A DNA stretch of 42,760 bases from Bacteroidota bacterium (GTDB lineage: Bacteria > Bacteroidota > Bacteroidia > Bacteroidales > JAKIYJ01): positions 1-42,760 of the forward strand of contig JAKIYJ010000001.1 of assembly GCA_022708585.1 (NCBI GenBank), written 5' to 3'. Below, in pieces: positions 38,666-42,760 of this stretch. The notes below the pieces were generated by a model. That model was not told where the DNA came from, did not search any database, and saw nothing but the letters and a program-made list of their open reading frames with translations. The number at the start of each line of letters is the position of its first letter. The stretch's first letter is position 1. A program made the translations under genes and the position numbers.

Positions 38666-39094
38666 ATGTTACAGCCTAAAAAAACTAAATATCGTAAACA
38701 ACAAAAGGGGAAAATGAAAGGTAATGCTAAACGCGGAAGCCAGATAGCATTCGGGTCCTTTGCTATTAAATCTACTGAAAGTGCTTTTATTACAGCACGG
38801 CAAATCGAAGCAGCCCGTCAGGCAATTACACGTAATATGAAACGTGAAGGACAAATATGGATAAGAATATTCCCTGATAAGCCTATTACTAAAAAACCCG
38901 CAGAAGTTAGAATGGGTAAAGGAAAAGGAGCTCCTGAATACTTTGTCGCTCGTGTTACCCCTGGTAGAATATTATTCGAGGTTGATGGCATCCCTTTCGA
39001 TATTGCTCGTGAATCTTTACGACTTGGTGCTCAAAAATTACCCATCATCACTAAATTCATAGTAAGACATGATTATGTGAAAACAACTGAATAA
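38666..39094 (+). CDS. rplP: 50S ribosomal protein L16
   Basis: [19 protein letters not shown]...[16 protein letters not shown]. Confidence 0.97.
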   Translation: MLQPKKTKYRKQQKGKMKGNAKRGSQIAFGSFAIKSTESAFITARQIEAARQAITRNMKREGQIWIRIFPDKPITKKPAEVRMGKGKGAPEYFVARVTPGRILFEVDGIPFDIARESLRLGAQKLPIITKFIVRHDYVKTTE

Positions 39095-39134
39095 TATTTA
39101 TTTAACCAACAAATAATATTAAATAAAAAAACTA

Positions 39135-39362
39135 ATGAAACAAACTGAAATTATAGAATTATCAACTGCTGATTTACGCGAAAAACTTGAATTGCAAGAA
39201 CAACAACTGACAAAAATGCGTATTAATCACGCAGTATCTCAATTGGAAAATCCAATGAAATTACGCATGCATCGCAAAATTATTGCACGTATTAAAACTG
39301 AACTGAGACGTAGAGAAATTGAAAATTATAAACAAAATATGTCTAAAAACGAAGCAAAATAA
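39135..39362 (+). CDS. rpmC: 50S ribosomal protein L29
   Basis: [32 protein letters not shown]. Position between rplP and rpsQ. Confidence 0.93.
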   Translation: MKQTEIIELSTADLREKLELQEQQLTKMRINHAVSQLENPMKLRMHRKIIARIKTELRRREIENYKQNMSKNEAK

Positions 39363-39622
39363 TGATGGAAACAAGAAAATTAAGAAAAGAAAGAACTGGT
39401 ATTGTTGTCAGTAACAAAATGGACAAATCCATTGTGGTATTGGTTGAAAGAAGAATGAAACATCCTAAATATGGAAAATTTGTAAAAAAAACATCTCGTT
39501 TTATGACACATGATGAAAATAATGAATGTAAAGAAGGTGATATAGTAAAAATTGCTGAAACTCGCCCACTCAGCAAAAATAAATGCTGGCGATTAGTTGA
39601 AATAATTGAAAGAGCAAAATAA
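39362..39622 (+). CDS. rpsQ: 30S ribosomal protein S17
   Basis: Start overlaps the rpmC stop by 1 nt (TAATG). [34 protein letters not shown]. Confidence 0.95.
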   Translation: MMETRKLRKERTGIVVSNKMDKSIVVLVERRMKHPKYGKFVKKTSRFMTHDENNECKEGDIVKIAETRPLSKNKCWRLVEIIERAK

Positions 39623-39624
39623 TT

Positions 39625-39993
39625 ATGATACAACAAGAAACAAGACTCAATGTAGCCGATAATAGTGGTGCAAAAGAAGTACTTTGCATTCGCGTACTAG
39701 GTGGAACAAAAAAAAGATATGCCGGCGTTGGCGATAAGATTATCGTTACCGTTAAAGACGCAATTCCTTCCGGTAATATTAAAAAAGGAACCGTAACAAA
39801 GGCAGTAGTAGTTAGAACTAAAAAGGAAATTCGAAGAATTGACGGTTCTTATATACGATTTGATGATAATGCAGTAGTATTGCTAACTCCAACAGAAGAA
39901 CTTAGAGGAACTCGTATATTTGGACCTGTCGCAAGAGAACTTAGAGAAAAACAATTTATGAAAATTGTTTCACTTGCACCAGAAGTACTGTAA
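39625..39993 (+). CDS. rplN: 50S ribosomal protein L14
   Basis: [27 protein letters not shown]... Confidence 0.97.
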   Translation: MIQQETRLNVADNSGAKEVLCIRVLGGTKKRYAGVGDKIIVTVKDAIPSGNIKKGTVTKAVVVRTKKEIRRIDGSYIRFDDNAVVLLTPTEELRGTRIFGPVARELREKQFMKIVSLAPEVL

Positions 39994-40007
39994 AATTATT
40001 TATTATT

Positions 40008-40337
40008 ATGATGATAACGAAAAAAAAATTACACGTTAAAAAAGGCGATAACGTCCTGGTTATTGCCGGTAATTATAGAGGCCAACATGGTAGAATACTT
40101 AAAATTATACCTGATAAGCAAAAAGCTATAGTTGAAGGAATAAATATGGTATCTAAACATACTAAACCTAATGCTAAAAATACAAAAGGTGGTATTATTA
40201 AAAAAGAAAGCCCTGTACATATATCCAACCTTATGCTCATTGATTCTTCCGGCAAAGGCGTCAGAATAGGTCATTTGAAAAATAAAAATAACAAATCAAT
40301 AAGAATTTCTAGAAAATCAGAAGAGGAAATTAAATAA
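40008..40337 (+). CDS. rplX: 50S ribosomal protein L24
   Basis: [28 protein letters not shown] (KOW motif). spc-operon order. Confidence 0.95.
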   Translation: MMITKKKLHVKKGDNVLVIAGNYRGQHGRILKIIPDKQKAIVEGINMVSKHTKPNAKNTKGGIIKKESPVHISNLMLIDSSGKGVRIGHLKNKNNKSIRISRKSEEEIK

Positions 40338-40894
40338 TGGAATACATACCTAGATTAAAAGAAAAATATTTTAAAGAAATTGTTCCAACACTTGAAGATC
40401 AATTTCAATATAAAAATATTATGCAAGTACCTAAAATTGTTAAGATCTCAATAAACCAGGGATTAGGTATAGCATTGGTTGATAAAAAACATATAGATAA
40501 TTCTATTGAAGAATTGTCACTTATTACAGGACAAAAGGCAGTTGCTACAAAATCTAAAAAAGATATTTCTAATTTTAAATTGCGTAGAGGAATGCCAATT
40601 GGAGTAAGAGTGACTTTGAGAAATAATAAAATGTATGAATTTCTAGATCGTTTGATATCTATCGCAATACCTCGTATCAGAGATTTTAGAGGAATTAATG
40701 ATAAGGGATTTGACGGTCATGGCAACTATACTTTGGGCATTGCTGAACAAATTATATTTCCTGAAATTAATATAGATAAAATCATGAAAATCAAAGGAAT
40801 GGATATTACTTTTGTTACTACAGCCAAAACCGATAAGGAAGCTATGGCACTTCTTAAAGCATTTGGAATACCTTTTAAAAATCAAAAAAATTAA
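40337..40894 (+). CDS. rplE: 50S ribosomal protein L5
   Basis: [13 protein letters not shown]...[16 protein letters not shown]...RDFRGI...[11 protein letters not shown]. Confidence 0.97.
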   Translation: MEYIPRLKEKYFKEIVPTLEDQFQYKNIMQVPKIVKISINQGLGIALVDKKHIDNSIEELSLITGQKAVATKSKKDISNFKLRRGMPIGVRVTLRNNKMYEFLDRLISIAIPRIRDFRGINDKGFDGHGNYTLGIAEQIIFPEINIDKIMKIKGMDITFVTTAKTDKEAMALLKAFGIPFKNQKN

Positions 40895-40897
40895 TAT

Positions 40898-41167
40898 ATG
40901 GCAAAAGAATCCTTAAAAGCAAGAGAAATAAAACGCCAGGCATTGGTTAATAAATATGCCGAAAAAAGAAAAAAACTGAAAACGGAAGGTAATTATATTG
41001 AATTGCAAAAATTACCTAAAAATGCTTCCCCTGTGAGATTACATAATAGATGTAAATTAACAGGAAGACCCAGGGGCTATATACGTATATTTGGCATATC
41101 TCGTATTAATTTTCGCGAAATGGCTTTAAATGGACAAATCCCTGGCGTTAAAAAATCAAGTTGGTAA
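40898..41167 (+). CDS. rpsN: 30S ribosomal protein S14 (89-aa form without zinc-binding cysteines)
   Basis: [14 protein letters not shown]...[40 protein letters not shown]. Confidence 0.96.
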   Translation: MAKESLKAREIKRQALVNKYAEKRKKLKTEGNYIELQKLPKNASPVRLHNRCKLTGRPRGYIRIFGISRINFREMALNGQIPGVKKSSW

Positions 41168-41194
41168 AATTTTAAACAGATAAAATATAATAAA

Positions 41195-41593
41195 ATGGTT
41201 ACAGATCCAATAGCTGATTATTTGACAAGAATTAGAAACGCTATAATGGCAAATTATAAAGTGGTTGAAATACCCTCTTCTAAAATAAAAAAAGAAATTA
41301 CCCGTATCTTATTTGATTATGGCTATATTCTTAACTATAAATTTGAAGAAAATACTAAACCAGGCACTATAAAAATTGCTTTGAAATATCATCCTAAAAC
41401 TAAACTTTCTGCAATAAATTCTCTCGAAAGAGTTAGTAAACCAGGCTTGCGAAAATACGTTAACGCCGAAAAACTTCCACGCGTTAAAAATGGACTTGGT
41501 ATAGCTATATTATCTACTTCGCAAGGAATACTTACTGATAAAGAAGCAAAAAAATTAAATATTGGCGGCGAAATTTTATGCTACATTAGTTAA
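41195..41593 (+). CDS. rpsH: 30S ribosomal protein S8
   Basis: TDPIADYLTRIRNA...GIAILSTSQGILTDKEAKKLNIGGEILCYI. Confidence 0.97.
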   Translation: MVTDPIADYLTRIRNAIMANYKVVEIPSSKIKKEITRILFDYGYILNYKFEENTKPGTIKIALKYHPKTKLSAINSLERVSKPGLRKYVNAEKLPRVKNGLGIAILSTSQGILTDKEAKKLNIGGEILCYIS

Positions 41594-41602
41594 CAATTTA
41601 TT

Positions 41603-41609
41603 AAGGAGG
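41603..41609 (+). promoter_or_regulatory. Canonical Shine-Dalgarno AAGGAGG, 9-nt spacer to the rplF ATG
   Basis: TTAAGGAGGAACATTTTAATG lies in the 25-nt non-coding rpsH-rplF spacer. No other start codon in this window has a comparably placed SD. Confidence 0.6.
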
Positions 41610-41618
41610 AACATTTTA

Positions 41619-42176
41619 ATGTCAAGAATTGGAAAATTACCTGTTGCTATACCCGATGGAGTACATATTAATATAGATGAAAATAATATTATAACTGTTA
41701 AAGGTCCCAAAGGCCAACTTGCTCGTAATATTAATCCCTTAATTAAAATAAATATTGATAATAATAATTTGATTTTAAATAGAGAAAATGACGAGAAAAC
41801 AACTAAAGCCCTACATGGACTTTATAGAGCACTCGTTGCAAATATGGTAAAAGGAGTTTCAGAAGGTTTTACTATTGTTCAAGAACTGGTTGGCGTTGGT
41901 TATAAAGCGCAGGCTAATGGACAATTGCTTGAATTATCATTGGGCTATTCACATAATATTATACTTGAATTACCACAGGAAATTAAAGTTTCAACTACTG
42001 CTGAAAGAGGGAAAAATCCTACTATCATATTATCTTCAATTGATAAAGAACTCATAGGACAAGTAGCTGCCAAAATACGTTCTCTTAGAAAACCCGAACC
42101 ATATAAAGGAAAAGGTATAAGATTTCTTAATGAAATTGTACGTAGAAAAGCTGGTAAATCAGCTGCTCAAAAATAA
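41619..42176 (+). CDS. rplF: 50S ribosomal protein L6
   Basis: True start is ATG at 41619 (MSRIGKLPVAIPDGV...). The ORF-track start at 41562 lies inside rpsH and is an artefact of open frame. Confidence 0.96.
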   Translation: MSRIGKLPVAIPDGVHINIDENNIITVKGPKGQLARNINPLIKINIDNNNLILNRENDEKTTKALHGLYRALVANMVKGVSEGFTIVQELVGVGYKAQANGQLLELSLGYSHNIILELPQEIKVSTTAERGKNPTIILSSIDKELIGQVAAKIRSLRKPEPYKGKGIRFLNEIVRRKAGKSAAQK

Positions 42177-42209
42177 TTTATTATTGTCTACAATAAAAAA
42201 ATTGAGATT

Positions 42210-42566
42210 ATGAATAATACAGATAAAAAAAATTATAGAAGAAAACGAATTAAAATGAGAATTCGTAAAATAGTTAAAGGTACACCTGAAAAACCAAGAT
42301 TAAGCGTTTTTAGAAGCAACTGCCAAATTTATGCACAAATTATTGACGATACCAAAGGTCATACAATAGTTTCTGCTTCTTCCAGAATTACAGAAATTTC
42401 AGATAAAAAAATCAATAAAATTGAACAGGCAAAACTGGTAGGTATTGCTAAAAAAGCATTGGATGCTGGAATTAACTCAGTAGTCTTTGATAGAAACGGG
42501 TATCTTTATCATGGAAGAATTAAAACACTTGCAGATGCTGCACGTGAAGGAGGACTTAAATTTTAA
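42210..42566 (+). CDS. rplR: 50S ribosomal protein L18
   Basis: [18 protein letters not shown]...[27 protein letters not shown]. Confidence 0.96.
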   Translation: MNNTDKKNYRRKRIKMRIRKIVKGTPEKPRLSVFRSNCQIYAQIIDDTKGHTIVSASSRITEISDKKINKIEQAKLVGIAKKALDAGINSVVFDRNGYLYHGRIKTLADAAREGGLKF

Positions 42567-42572
42567 TATATT

Positions 42573-42760
42573 ATGCCAAAAATTAATGTACAAAGGGTTA
42601 AAGCAACCGAAATTGAACTTAAAGATAGACTTGTAGCCGTTAAAAGAGTTACAAAAGTTACAAAAGGCGGACGTACTTTTAGTTTTGCCGCAATAGTTGT
42701 TGTAGGTAATGAAAATGGTGTAGTAGGCTATGGCCTTGGCAAAGCAAAAGAAGTAACTGC
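42573..42760 (+). CDS. rpsE: 30S ribosomal protein S5 (N-terminal part; runs off the right window edge)
   Basis: Not in the ORF track. My translation from ATG at 42573 is [62 protein letters not shown]. Confidence 0.93.
   Translation, partial: MPKINVQRVKATEIELKDRLVAVKRVTKVTKGGRTFSFAAIVVVGNENGVVGYGLGKAKEVT

Noticed and set aside
39343-39636. 97-aa antisense ORF spanning almost exactly rpsQ
   Set aside because: It is the hydrophobic mirror translation of a Lys/Glu-rich gene, which is typical of antisense artefacts. There are no independent expression signals.
41562-41618. ORF-track start of rplF at 41562
   Set aside because: That start lies inside rpsH, in another frame. The conserved L6 N-terminus MSRIGKLPV begins at ATG 41619, which is preceded by a Shine-Dalgarno sequence.
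42547-42553. Second AAGGAGG upstream of rpsE as a Shine-Dalgarno
   Set aside because: It is 19 nt from the ATG, too far for SD function. It also encodes the conserved L18 C-terminus (REGGLKF), so coding constraint explains it.
1-42760. Defence island, prophage, toxin-antitoxin, secretion or biosynthetic cluster as the hidden novel system
   Set aside because: Every ORF over 100 aa except one (18176-18871) has a clear housekeeping or envelope family identity. Gene order follows conserved Bacteroidota operons. I see no integrase, nuclease, RT, ATPase-nuclease pair or cas-like gene.

Overview
Strongly AT-rich chromosomal core region, evidently from a Bacteroidota bacterium: gldF/gldG, TAnnTTTG-type promoter boxes, and almost no Shine-Dalgarno sequences. 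Left to right: a CcmF-family heme lyase gene running off the left edge (missing from the ORF track); gldF-gldG-DUF4340; a large OmpA-family protein; TIGR02757; the DUF177-rpmF-plsX-fabH cluster; an MFS transporter; an FtsB-like gene; priA and a THUMP RNA methyltransferase on the minus strand; an orphan hypothetical gene; an Ig-like lipoprotein; a complete Na+-translocating methylmalonyl-CoA decarboxylase operon with epimerase; rplU-rpmA; serS; a TPR protein; rsmA; then the str/S10/spc ribosomal operons from rpsL to a truncated rpsE. I found no rRNA, tRNA or CRISPR array, and no multi-gene defence, prophage or other accessory island. I cannot honestly nominate a novel protein system. The most interesting signals are non-coding. 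(1) The 660-bp rsmA-rpsL spacer holds 2.4 copies of an exactly 112-bp, triple-palindrome tandem repeat, followed by an IS-end-like sequence and the frameshifted N-terminal stub of a DUF4372/IS4-type transposase. (2) A MITE-like element of about 130 bp, related to that IS end, occurs in opposite orientations at 3054-3183 and 17994-18130, with solo-end fragments elsewhere. (3) A GC-enriched motif cluster lies upstream of ccmF. (4) A 16-bp perfect GC-rich hairpin sits in a 366-bp spacer. On the protein side, the OadG-slot subunit of the decarboxylase is fused to a predicted extracytoplasmic lamin-tail-like domain. rplF alone carries a canonical AAGGAGG Shine-Dalgarno sequence. All family calls come from reading the translations, not from database searches.
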